Shown: piece by piece, positions 28,608 through 37,073 of the stretch | Numbering within the stretch: position 1 is the stretch's first letter | Layout: every line of letters starts with the position of its first letter | Notes under the pieces: model-generated | Told to the model about the DNA's origin: nothing | Databases searched by the model: none | The model's input: only the letters and a program-made list of their open reading frames with translations | Source of the DNA: Chloroflexota bacterium | Lineage (GTDB): Bacteria > Chloroflexota > Dehalococcoidia > Dehalococcoidales > UBA2162 | DNA length: 64,000 bases | Direction of reading: 5' to 3' | NCBI GenBank assembly: GCA_043812795.1 | Contig: JBDRLU010000042.1 | Location: 13,903-77,902, forward strand | Made by a program: the position numbers and the translations under genes

Positions 28608-30797
28608 CTATTTGTCCTTTTCCTTACTTACCTGCACCACCACGGTATTCAAGGTGCATGCCCCTCCCTCAGTGTAGCCATCATCAGTCAGGACATTTGC
28701 ACAACCGCCACGGTCAATGCCTTCTTCATCAGGGTCATACCAGGCACCCTCGAAGATGCAGACCACTCCGGGCATGATGCGTTCCGTCACCCGGGCTGTG
28801 ATAGATAGCTTGCCCCGGTCATTGAAAACATAGACCAGGTCGCCATCGGAGATGCGCCTCTCTTTAGCGTCCACCGGGTTAATCCACATCCGGTGCGGTT
28901 CTATTTCTCTGAGCCAGTCCACATTGTCTAAACTGGAATGGACTCTGTTCTTGGCGTGGGGTGATATGAACTGGAGGGGATATTTTTGCCTCAGTGGGTG
29001 ATTCAGGTCCTCTCCAAGGCTAAAATACTTGGGTATAGGCGGACATAGAGGGTTATTTAGGTCGGCAACCCGTTGTGAATAGATTTCTATTTTGCCCGAA
29101 GGTGTGGGGAAGGGATTAACTTCTGGATTGTCGATCTGTTTCTTAAAGGCGACAAAGGGTTCAGCCAGCTTAATCCGAGCGACACCGTCGCGCTTGAATC
29201 CAGCATAATCCTGAATCGGTTTGCCTTCCGGGTTAATGGCCGACTTCTTGAGCCAATCTTCCTCTGAAATTTTATCGAAGTCTTCGAAGCCCAGCTTCGC
29301 TGCCAGTTCCTTCGCAATTTCCCAGTCCGACTTGCATTCTCCTGGCGGCTCAATTGCCTTGGTACTAAAGGTGACGTAAGGTCCTGAAGTCCACGGCCCC
29401 GTCAGGTCGTTGTGCTCTGGAAACAGGGTTACTGGTAGGAGGATATCGGCGAATTTCGCAGTCGGGGTCATGAACAATTCCGAGACGACAAAGAAATCGA
29501 GGCTGGCTAATGCTCTCACTCCCTTGTTAGTATTGCCGAGTTGATTCAAGTAGTTGCCACCGGCGAACCAGGCCATCTTGATGTCTGCCGGATATCCTCC
29601 GGCTTTGCCCTTCAGAAAGGCATCGAATATCTTGTTAGAGTGAATGCTATAGGCAAGCCGCGCTTTGAGGTCAACCACATTTCCTGCCGCGGCGCTGGCC
29701 TCAATGGGGTTCTTCACTCCTGGCGTTCCAGCAGCACGGACATTTCCCATTGGTATGCGCATCAGTCCCCCGGCAGCGCTGCCGCCATGCCGGCCGATGT
29801 TCCCGGTCATCGCGGTCAATGTGATAGCACAGCGGTTGAACTGTTCGCCCATGGCGCTTCGCGCCGGTCCATAACAGTCCATAAGTGCCGCCGGCTTGGT
29901 AGTCGCATATTCTCTGGACAGATATACTATCGTTTCTGCCGGGACTCCCGTAATTTTTTCTGCCCAGGCCGGGGTCTTCTTGATGCCATCCTCCTTACCC
30001 ATGACATAATCACTGAATCTATCAAATCCGACCGTGTATCGGTCAAGAAACTCTTTGTCGTAGAGGCCCTCCTGAATCATCGTGTAGGCCATGCTCACCA
30101 TCATGGCGGTGTCTGTACCGGGGCGAATAGGTATCCATTGGTCTGCCAGCAAAGCTGCAGTGTCATGGTAGCGCGGGTCAATGCAAATGATTCGTATGCC
30201 TGCCTCTTTGGCCTTGATGAGATTACCGATGGTGTCGGTACCATGAATTATTCTTACCGGGTCCCAACCCCACAGGATAATCAACCGTGAATTCAATAAA
30301 TCTTCACGGCTGTTGCCGACTAGAGTAGTTCCATAGCTGACCTGTGATGCCCATAAGCAACCTTCTGTGGATATATTCCCGTAGCGGGTTGTGTACCCGC
30401 CGAACATGGCGAGCAATCTACCCACGGCCTCCCGGCCGCTATGCAGCACGCCGTTATACCCGCCGCCAGTAAAGAAAATACTTGCATTGCCGTACGTCTG
30501 CTTAACGTGCTTCAATTGCCGGGCTACCGTTTCGAGAGCTTCATCCCATGTTATGCGCTCGAATTCACTTTTTCCTTTGGCGCCGGCGCGCTTCATCGGG
30601 TACTTCAGTCGGTCAGGGTGGTATACCAGGTGCCGCAATGCCCGGCATCTCAAGCAGGACCTGAGCTGTTCAGGTTCTTGGGCATCGTCTCCCTCGACTT
30701 TGATAATTTTCCCAGCTTTAATATGAAGCCTGAGAGGGCAGCGTCCGCCGCAATTAAACGTGGACGCTGTTCGGACAATTTCCTTCGTGTCGCTCAT
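28608..30797 (-). CDS. DmsA-family molybdopterin oxidoreductase (alpha-1), no Tat signal
   Basis: 729 aa. The C-terminus closely resembles DmsA (TPSGKIEIYSQRVADL..., PGVVCIFEGAWYDPD). The N-terminus is STFNCGGRCPLRLH. Confidence 0.85.
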   Translation of the reverse strand: MSDTKEIVRTASTFNCGGRCPLRLHIKAGKIIKVEGDDAQEPEQLRSCLRCRALRHLVYHPDRLKYPMKRAGAKGKSEFERITWDEALETVARQLKHVKQTYGNASIFFTGGGYNGVLHSGREAVGRLLAMFGGYTTRYGNISTEGCLWASQVSYGTTLVGNSREDLLNSRLIILWGWDPVRIIHGTDTIGNLIKAKEAGIRIICIDPRYHDTAALLADQWIPIRPGTDTAMMVSMAYTMIQEGLYDKEFLDRYTVGFDRFSDYVMGKEDGIKKTPAWAEKITGVPAETIVYLSREYATTKPAALMDCYGPARSAMGEQFNRCAITLTAMTGNIGRHGGSAAGGLMRIPMGNVRAAGTPGVKNPIEASAAAGNVVDLKARLAYSIHSNKIFDAFLKGKAGGYPADIKMAWFAGGNYLNQLGNTNKGVRALASLDFFVVSELFMTPTAKFADILLPVTLFPEHNDLTGPWTSGPYVTFSTKAIEPPGECKSDWEIAKELAAKLGFEDFDKISEEDWLKKSAINPEGKPIQDYAGFKRDGVARIKLAEPFVAFKKQIDNPEVNPFPTPSGKIEIYSQRVADLNNPLCPPIPKYFSLGEDLNHPLRQKYPLQFISPHAKNRVHSSLDNVDWLREIEPHRMWINPVDAKERRISDGDLVYVFNDRGKLSITARVTERIMPGVVCIFEGAWYDPDEEGIDRGGCANVLTDDGYTEGGACTLNTVVVQVSKEKDK

Positions 30798-30996
30798 CCA
30801 ATGTCTCCATAAGACTCACCCTGACTCATCACTATACTACCTCCTTCAGCCGCTGTCTTTTCGTGAGTTATAGAATTATAGAATAGTAATCGAGAATATT
30901 CCATCCCAAGAGATGATGAGATGGTTCCACTTAGACTGGCCTGTTTTAGAATACCTTGTATGTAGCAGGTACCACCTTAATTCCTAGTAGTCCGCT

Positions 30997-33114
30997 TTAC
31001 GCCTTATACACCTTGCACAGGAAAGAGCGCCAGGACTCGGAGCCGGTGTGCGGGTCGTAGGGCATGCCGCCGGTCAGGAAGTTGATATTGGACTCTTTGT
31101 AGCCATACTCCGGCGGGTCTTTCTCCGGGAACCACCAGCTATGCTGCGCGTTGACCACGCCCGGCAGGATATTGGTCGTCACCTTTGCCTTCTGCTGGAC
31201 TTTACCGCGGTCATTTTCAATCCAGACCCAGTCGCCATTCTTTATCCCCAGTGGCTTGGCGGTATCGGGGTGAATTTCAACCAGCGGGTCGGGGCAACGC
31301 TTGCGCAGGGAAGGTATTTGCCGGTCCTCGGAGTGGAAAAAGTGCTGAATCCGCGCCCCGCTGGTGATAATCAGCGGATATTTCTTGAATAGCTCCGGCG
31401 TCGAATAAGGACTTTCCGGCGGCTCGACGTAATACGGTAGCGGGTCGTAGCCCATCTTTTCCAGGGTGGTGAAGTAAAACTCGAATTTCCCGGAGGGCGT
31501 CTCGAAACCCTTCTCCTCGTACTTCCGGTAACGCATCTCACCCGGAAGGATGCCTATCTTCTTAAACTCCTCGAAGGTAATACCGCTATCCTTCAGCATC
31601 CAGTCGCAATACTCTCTCACCGTTTTCCAGGGGAAATATTTATTTAGTCCCAGCCGGTGCGCCAGGTCGATTAGAATTTGTTTGTCATCACGGCACTCGC
31701 CGATGGTGGCCAGCTTCTGCCGCGCCATGACGCACCAGACCATTTTCAGCCCGGCGACGTCATCGATTTCGAGCCAGCTGGCTGCCGGTAAGACGATATC
31801 GGCCATCTGCACGGTCGGGTTCATAAACATATCGGAGGCGAAGATAAAGTCAATCTTCTTCAAGGCACGGAGCATCTTTTCCGGTTCGCTGCGGGCGACC
31901 AGCGAGTTATTCCCCATAATCATGAGTGCCTTTACCGGATAGGGCTTTTCGGTCAAGGCGGCTTCCCAGAACTCGGCGGGATGCACCTGGTCGAGCACGC
32001 GGTATTTTTCAGCGCCGATTTTCTTCGCCCACGTTTCGGGAGAAAGGGTGGGGTAGGGCACGGTGGGGTTAATCTGGTCGTTCAGGTTGCCGACTTTCGC
32101 CGGGCGTACCCAGAAGGCATCGCCGCCGGGAACGTCGATATTGCCGGTAATACCGGAGAGAATATGTACCGCCCGGATGGTCTGGAAGCTATTGATGTTC
32201 TGGTCGATGGCCACGCCCCATTGCATGCAGGCCGGTTTAGTCGTCGCATAAACACGGGCGACTTCACGGATGGTATCGGCCGGAATCCCGGTAATATCGG
32301 CCATCTTTTCCGGCGGGTAGTCGGCGACTCTTGCCGCCAGCTTGTCGAAGCCCAGGCACCACTTCTCGACGAAGTCCTTATCGTAGAGCTTCTCTTTGAT
32401 GATGGTGTGCAGCATGCCCAGGGCGAGAGCGCCGTCGGTACCCGGACGGATTTGCAGGTGGTAGTCGGCTTCGGCCGCAATGGGTATCTTTCTCGGGTCG
32501 ATAACGATTAAGGTAGCCCCCCGCTTTATCGTCTGGGTAAGCTGGTAGCCACACATCTCGTCGGCGGCACCCGATTCGGCGATATTACAGCCCCAGACCA
32601 CCACGCATTTGGGATAAACACCGCCGAAACCGTAGTAGTCGCAGACCGGAAGAGTGCCGCCGGTCATCTTGCAGGCGGCAATTCTCGGCGAGTAACAGAT
32701 GTGTCCGCCGCCGGGCCGGTTCGGCGTGCCCAGAGCCAGCAAGAAACGACGGAGGAAGGTGGTGTAAGGCCGGGCCGTCCCGTACATACCGGCAATCGAT
32801 TCCGGGCCGAACTCACGCTTGAAGGAGCTGAGTTTACCGGCGATGGTATCCAGGGCTTCATCCCAGCTTATTCTTTCCCATTTGTTCTCTCCTCGCTCCC
32901 CCATTCTCTTCATGGGATACTTCAAGCGGTCGGGATGGTAGAGGAGCTCCACGGAGGCCCGACCTTTGGTGCAGATGTACCCTCGTGAACTGGGACAGTC
33001 CGGGTCACCGGTGGCCTTGACCACCCGGTCGTTTTTCAGATGTACCAGGAGACCGCAAATACCGTGACACATCCGGCACGCCGACTTAACTACCGCTTCG
33101 CCATCCTTCTCCAT
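30997..33114 (-). CDS. molybdopterin oxidoreductase (alpha-3), stand-alone, no signal peptide
   Basis: 705 aa with CRMCHGICGLLV...YICTKG 4Fe-4S motif and MopB-like sequence. Substrate unknown. Confidence 0.8.
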   Translation of the reverse strand: MEKDGEAVVKSACRMCHGICGLLVHLKNDRVVKATGDPDCPSSRGYICTKGRASVELLYHPDRLKYPMKRMGERGENKWERISWDEALDTIAGKLSSFKREFGPESIAGMYGTARPYTTFLRRFLLALGTPNRPGGGHICYSPRIAACKMTGGTLPVCDYYGFGGVYPKCVVVWGCNIAESGAADEMCGYQLTQTIKRGATLIVIDPRKIPIAAEADYHLQIRPGTDGALALGMLHTIIKEKLYDKDFVEKWCLGFDKLAARVADYPPEKMADITGIPADTIREVARVYATTKPACMQWGVAIDQNINSFQTIRAVHILSGITGNIDVPGGDAFWVRPAKVGNLNDQINPTVPYPTLSPETWAKKIGAEKYRVLDQVHPAEFWEAALTEKPYPVKALMIMGNNSLVARSEPEKMLRALKKIDFIFASDMFMNPTVQMADIVLPAASWLEIDDVAGLKMVWCVMARQKLATIGECRDDKQILIDLAHRLGLNKYFPWKTVREYCDWMLKDSGITFEEFKKIGILPGEMRYRKYEEKGFETPSGKFEFYFTTLEKMGYDPLPYYVEPPESPYSTPELFKKYPLIITSGARIQHFFHSEDRQIPSLRKRCPDPLVEIHPDTAKPLGIKNGDWVWIENDRGKVQQKAKVTTNILPGVVNAQHSWWFPEKDPPEYGYKESNINFLTGGMPYDPHTGSESWRSFLCKVYKA

Positions 33115-33208
33115 AATATGGAATCCTCCTCGGTCTCAGTAATGCTATTCTATGCAGCGGGGAAAAAGAAGTCAACGTTGAACAAGGACTAAACCTCTTG
33201 CGGACATA

Positions 33209-33238
33209 TTGACAAATAGCTGGCGCTGCGTTCATAAT
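33209..33238 (+). promoter_or_regulatory. promoter candidate for efp-epmA
   Basis: TTGACA (33209-33214), an 18 nt spacer, then CATAAT (33233-33238). Confidence 0.3.
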
Positions 33239-33283
33239 TTCCACTCAGAACAATAAAAATAAGCCTTATTGGAAGCAGGTGAT

Positions 33284-33850
33284 ATGGATATTGCCGGTGT
33301 ACACAAAAATAGTAAACTCCTCATCGATGGTGTCCCGTATGATGTCGTGGACGTCGATTTCGTCAAGCCGGGTAAAGGCCGGGCGATTTACCGTCTCCGG
33401 CTGAAGAACCTTGTCGATGGCAATACCCTCGACCGCACCTATCATTCCAGTGAAAGCGTCGAAGAAGCCCGCATTTCAACGGAGGAAATGCAATATCTAT
33501 ACCGGGATGGCGACCATTATGTCTTTATGAACACGGAAACTTTCGAGCAATTACCTTTGTCCGCCGAACGATTGGGCGACAAAAGCCACTTCCTGAAGGA
33601 AGGCACTACGGTTACGGTCATGATGCTGGATGATAAACCGCTCGATGTTATCATACCGGTCTTCGTCGAACTGGCCGTAGTCGAGACCGCCGCCACCACC
33701 CGCAAAGAGACTATTACTGCCCAGAACAAATCAGCCGTTCTCGAAACAGGCTACGCTATCGATGTGCCCACCTTTATTAAAGAAGGTGACATCCTCAAGA
33801 TAGATACCCGCACTGGAAACTACGTGGAGCGAGCCGGTCCCAAGAAATAA
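33284..33850 (+). CDS. efp: elongation factor P
   Basis: KLLIDGVPYDVVDVDFVKPGKGRAIYRLRLKNL contains the modified-Lys loop (PGKG). ATG 33284 preferred. Confidence 0.9.
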   Translation: MDIAGVHKNSKLLIDGVPYDVVDVDFVKPGKGRAIYRLRLKNLVDGNTLDRTYHSSESVEEARISTEEMQYLYRDGDHYVFMNTETFEQLPLSAERLGDKSHFLKEGTTVTVMMLDDKPLDVIIPVFVELAVVETAATTRKETITAQNKSAVLETGYAIDVPTFIKEGDILKIDTRTGNYVERAGPKK

Positions 33851-33854
33851 GGCG

Positions 33855-34781
33855 ATGGCAGACGAGCAAGAGCGTCTCGCCCGTATCAAGCCCAATCTGG
33901 AACGGCGAGCGCTGATTTACCAATCGACCCGGGCTTTCTTTCGGCGATGTCGCTTCCTTGAAGTCGAAACACCCGTCCGCATGTCCGCGGTCGCCCCCGA
34001 GTCCTACATTGTGCCCTTCGACAGCGAAGGCTGGTTTCTCTCCACCTCTCCCGAACTTTACATGAAGCGGCTCCTTGCTGCCGGCTACGAGCGGCTCTTT
34101 CAGATTAGCCATTGTTTCCGCAAGGGAGAATGCGGACGGCAGCATAATTCTGAGTTCGCCATGCTGGAATGGTACCGTTCTGGCGCCGGCTACCGGCAGG
34201 TGGTGCAAGACGCAGAGCAACTGGTCGCTATGCTGGCCGATAAACTTTTAGGTGGCTATTCATTAAAATATCGAGGGCAGATTATTGACCTTTCTCTACC
34301 CTGGCCGGAGATTACGGTACGTGACGCCTTTCTCCAGGCGGCTGGCTGGGACCCGGTGACCGAGCTTGACCCCGTACGGTTCGATACCGACCTCGTGGCC
34401 AAGGTGGTTCCCGGCTTCAGTCCCCACCGTCCCACGGTGTTACTCGACTACCCGGCAGCGATGGCCTCGCTGGCCCGTCTCAAGCCGCATGAACCGGCGG
34501 TAGCGGAACGGGCCGAAATTTTCATCGGCGGGCTGGAACTGGCCAACGCCTTCAGCGAGCTGACCGATGCCGCCGAGCAGAAAAAACGGTTTCAAGCTGA
34601 AATAAAGCAAATCCAGCAGGAAGAGAAACGGGAAGTTACTATGCCGTGGCCGTTCCTTGAAGCGATAGCCCATTTACCCGAGTGTGGCGGCATTGCCCTC
34701 GGCATGGACCGGCTGGTAATGCTTCTCTGCAATGCCACCTCCATCGATGAGGTGGTAGCTTTTACCGAAGATACGGCTTGA
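33855..34781 (+). CDS. epmA: EF-P lysine beta-lysyltransferase (EpmA/GenX, class II LysRS paralog)
   Basis: 308 aa with class II aaRS motifs (FRKGECGRQHNSEFAMLEWY, GIALGMDRLVM). Adjacent to efp. Confidence 0.8.
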   Translation: MADEQERLARIKPNLERRALIYQSTRAFFRRCRFLEVETPVRMSAVAPESYIVPFDSEGWFLSTSPELYMKRLLAAGYERLFQISHCFRKGECGRQHNSEFAMLEWYRSGAGYRQVVQDAEQLVAMLADKLLGGYSLKYRGQIIDLSLPWPEITVRDAFLQAAGWDPVTELDPVRFDTDLVAKVVPGFSPHRPTVLLDYPAAMASLARLKPHEPAVAERAEIFIGGLELANAFSELTDAAEQKKRFQAEIKQIQQEEKREVTMPWPFLEAIAHLPECGGIALGMDRLVMLLCNATSIDEVVAFTEDTA

Positions 34782-34802
34782 TTTTGATGGACCTTCCCTG
34801 AC

Positions 34803-34918
34803 CTCTTCTCCTGAAGGAGGGAGGGAATGAAACAAAAGAAGGGGGCAGTTTGCCCCCTTCTTTAAAATCTTCCCCTTCCCCTGGACTTAGGGGAAGGGGA
34901 CAAAGGGGTTAGGGTAAG
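34803..34918. repeat. intergenic repeat, family A variant (paired G/C-rich hairpins)
   Basis: gaagggggcagtttgcccccttc and cttccccttcccctggacttaggggaaggggac hairpins, then aaggggttagggtaag. Confidence 0.4.
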
Positions 34919-34990
34919 TAGTTGAAAACTGCCGACTTAATGAAGTAAATACGACTCAAACATACACAATGATTATCAGGTGAACTAACT

Positions 34991-35566
34991 ATGGTTAGCT
35001 TGTTCGAAGCCAAATTCAAAGAGTGGACGGAAGGAAAGGACCCGTTACAAGCCCGGATATCTATTTACGAGCATGTCAGAGATATTCCTTATGCCCTTGT
35101 TCCCGAGCTAAACGACCCGGAAAAATATGTCGATATCCTCAGGGTAGAGCGCGGCTCATGTACTCCCAAGCATTTTCTTCTCGGCAATATGTACCTGCGG
35201 TTGGGTCTGCTGGTACTGTATGTTGTTTATCCCTTCCGATGGAGTGAATTCGCTGATAATTATCCGTCCCGGCTTCGCCGGCTGGCGGAGGAGGCACCAC
35301 CAGGCCACCATCTGGCCTGTAAAGTAGAGATTGAGGGGAGACTGGTGCTGGTGGACGCTACGCTAGACCCGGTCTGGGCGCGTTACGGTTTTCTGGTCAA
35401 CCTGGAATGGGATGGCTACAGTAATACCGTGCTGCCGATGGAGCTTAGTGGTGACGAAGAGCTTTATCATCCCGGTGAAGCGCGTCTGATGAAAGCCAGT
35501 TACAGTGAAAAAACGCTTGCTTTCTATCGGGAACTTAACGCCTGGCTGGATGCGAGACGGGTCTGA
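34991..35566 (+). CDS. transglutaminase-like cysteine-protease-fold protein
   Basis: 191 aa. RGSCTPKHFLLGNMY (Cys), then HHLACKVEI and VLVDATLD (His/Asp), consistent with a C-H-D triad. Confidence 0.5.
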   Translation: MVSLFEAKFKEWTEGKDPLQARISIYEHVRDIPYALVPELNDPEKYVDILRVERGSCTPKHFLLGNMYLRLGLLVLYVVYPFRWSEFADNYPSRLRRLAEEAPPGHHLACKVEIEGRLVLVDATLDPVWARYGFLVNLEWDGYSNTVLPMELSGDEELYHPGEARLMKASYSEKTLAFYRELNAWLDARRV

Positions 35567-35587
35567 AGAGTATCATTCTCTTGACAC

Positions 35588-36919
35588 TCACAGGAATTTT
35601 TCGACGTCGGTGACCTGGGCCGGGGGCTTGGGGGGCGGAATCAGCATCATACTTATCGCGGAAAAACTGAGCATCGCCACAAACGCCGTGAAAGCATTAA
35701 GGTAGCTACCCGTGGTATCATACACCCAGCCGGTATAAATTGGCGCCACCACGATGAAGGGTGTGACCATCATGCGGGCAAAACCATAAATGGAACCGAA
35801 TGCCTTCCGCCCGAAATAGCGGGCCCTGATGACCGTATTCACCGGCGCGGCGATACCGTGAGCAAAGTAATAGAGAAAAAAGAAGAGGTAGGCCATGAAG
35901 ATGGACTGGTGGAGCAGGAAGACGGCAATGCCCGCAGCCTGCATTACGTACGCTCCCCCGATTAGAAAGCGTAGTTGGCCTTTTCTCAAATGGTCGGAGG
36001 CAAAACCGCCGATAAATCTCGCTGGCGTGCAGAGCAATCTGATGAGGGCCAGCGCGGCTGCAGCCTGCAGCAGGTCGATGCCCATATCGGTCAGGAAGGG
36101 CATGGCATGTAGAATCATCGTCGGTACCACCATGTCATGGCCAACGCTGGCGCCTATCAGTAACCAGTAGTTGGGTGTTCTCATTGCCTGGCGAAGGCTG
36201 AACTCGACTTCTTCGGCCTCGGCAGCGTATGCCACGCCTCGTTCGACCATCCGGTCTTTTTCAGCAGCCGCTTCGGCGGCGGTGGCGCCGTCAGGGAGTA
36301 ATCCGTAATACTCCGGTCGGTACCGCTTGAAACTAAGCAAGGCGAGTGGTATGCCGGTGACGGCCAGGGTTATTCCGCCGATGACGCAGGCTATCCGCCA
36401 GCCCTGCGTTACCGCCAGCCAGGCGACTAACGGCAGCATCACCACGCCGGAGAGTCCGGAAAATATCCATTTTAAACCAAGGGCGGAGCCTCTTTTCTTG
36501 ACGAACCAGTTGGTAATGGCCTTGTCGACAGGGATACCTGAGGAAATATTGATACCGGTAGCGGTTATTCCGCCCCAGACAATATAAAAAGCCCAGAGCG
36601 AATGAATGAAATTCATCAGGATAAGTCCGGTGACGACGAGGATAACGCCGGAGGTGACAATCCACTTCGGCCCGAACTTATCGGTAAGCCAGCCGGCAAT
36701 GGGTGCCTCGAAGCCTCCCTCGAAATTTCCAATACTCGAGGCAACTGACGTCACTGCCCGGCTCAGACCCAGGTCGGCGGCAATCATCTTGAAAAAAACG
36801 GACATGCCGGTGTAGTAGTAGCCGAACCCCCAGAGGATGATAAAGCCGCCGGCGAGAACCGTCCACCACCCGAAAAAGACCTTGGATAATTTTATTTTTG
36901 CCAAGGCTGCTCCTAACAC
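35588..36919 (-). CDS. MFS transporter
   Basis: 443 aa with about 12 hydrophobic segments and MFS-like loops. Substrate unknown. Confidence 0.8.
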   Translation of the reverse strand: MLGAALAKIKLSKVFFGWWTVLAGGFIILWGFGYYYTGMSVFFKMIAADLGLSRAVTSVASSIGNFEGGFEAPIAGWLTDKFGPKWIVTSGVILVVTGLILMNFIHSLWAFYIVWGGITATGINISSGIPVDKAITNWFVKKRGSALGLKWIFSGLSGVVMLPLVAWLAVTQGWRIACVIGGITLAVTGIPLALLSFKRYRPEYYGLLPDGATAAEAAAEKDRMVERGVAYAAEAEEVEFSLRQAMRTPNYWLLIGASVGHDMVVPTMILHAMPFLTDMGIDLLQAAAALALIRLLCTPARFIGGFASDHLRKGQLRFLIGGAYVMQAAGIAVFLLHQSIFMAYLFFFLYYFAHGIAAPVNTVIRARYFGRKAFGSIYGFARMMVTPFIVVAPIYTGWVYDTTGSYLNAFTAFVAMLSFSAISMMLIPPPKPPAQVTDVEKFL

Positions 36920-37003
36920 GTTGTCAGGAATAACGCCTATAATACATGAGTCGGCCTGTTAAAGCAATATGGTGATCGCTTATCTCAGCCATAATCGGCG
37001 TGT

Positions 37004-37032
37004 TTGACAATGTTTCGGTTTTTCTTTAGCAT
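37004..37032 (+). promoter_or_regulatory. promoter candidate for the alpha-2/beta-2/ggt operon
   Basis: TTGACA (37004-37009), a 17 nt spacer, then TAGCAT (37027-37032). Confidence 0.3.
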
Positions 37033-37073
37033 AAGGGCATCTATTAGCGATTGTGAGAGTGAGGGGGTCAGTG

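Noticed and set aside
33284-34781. efp-epmA adjacency without epmB, considered as a possible oddity.
   Set aside because: epmB is frequently unlinked from efp/epmA, so its absence from a 64 kb window is uninformative.
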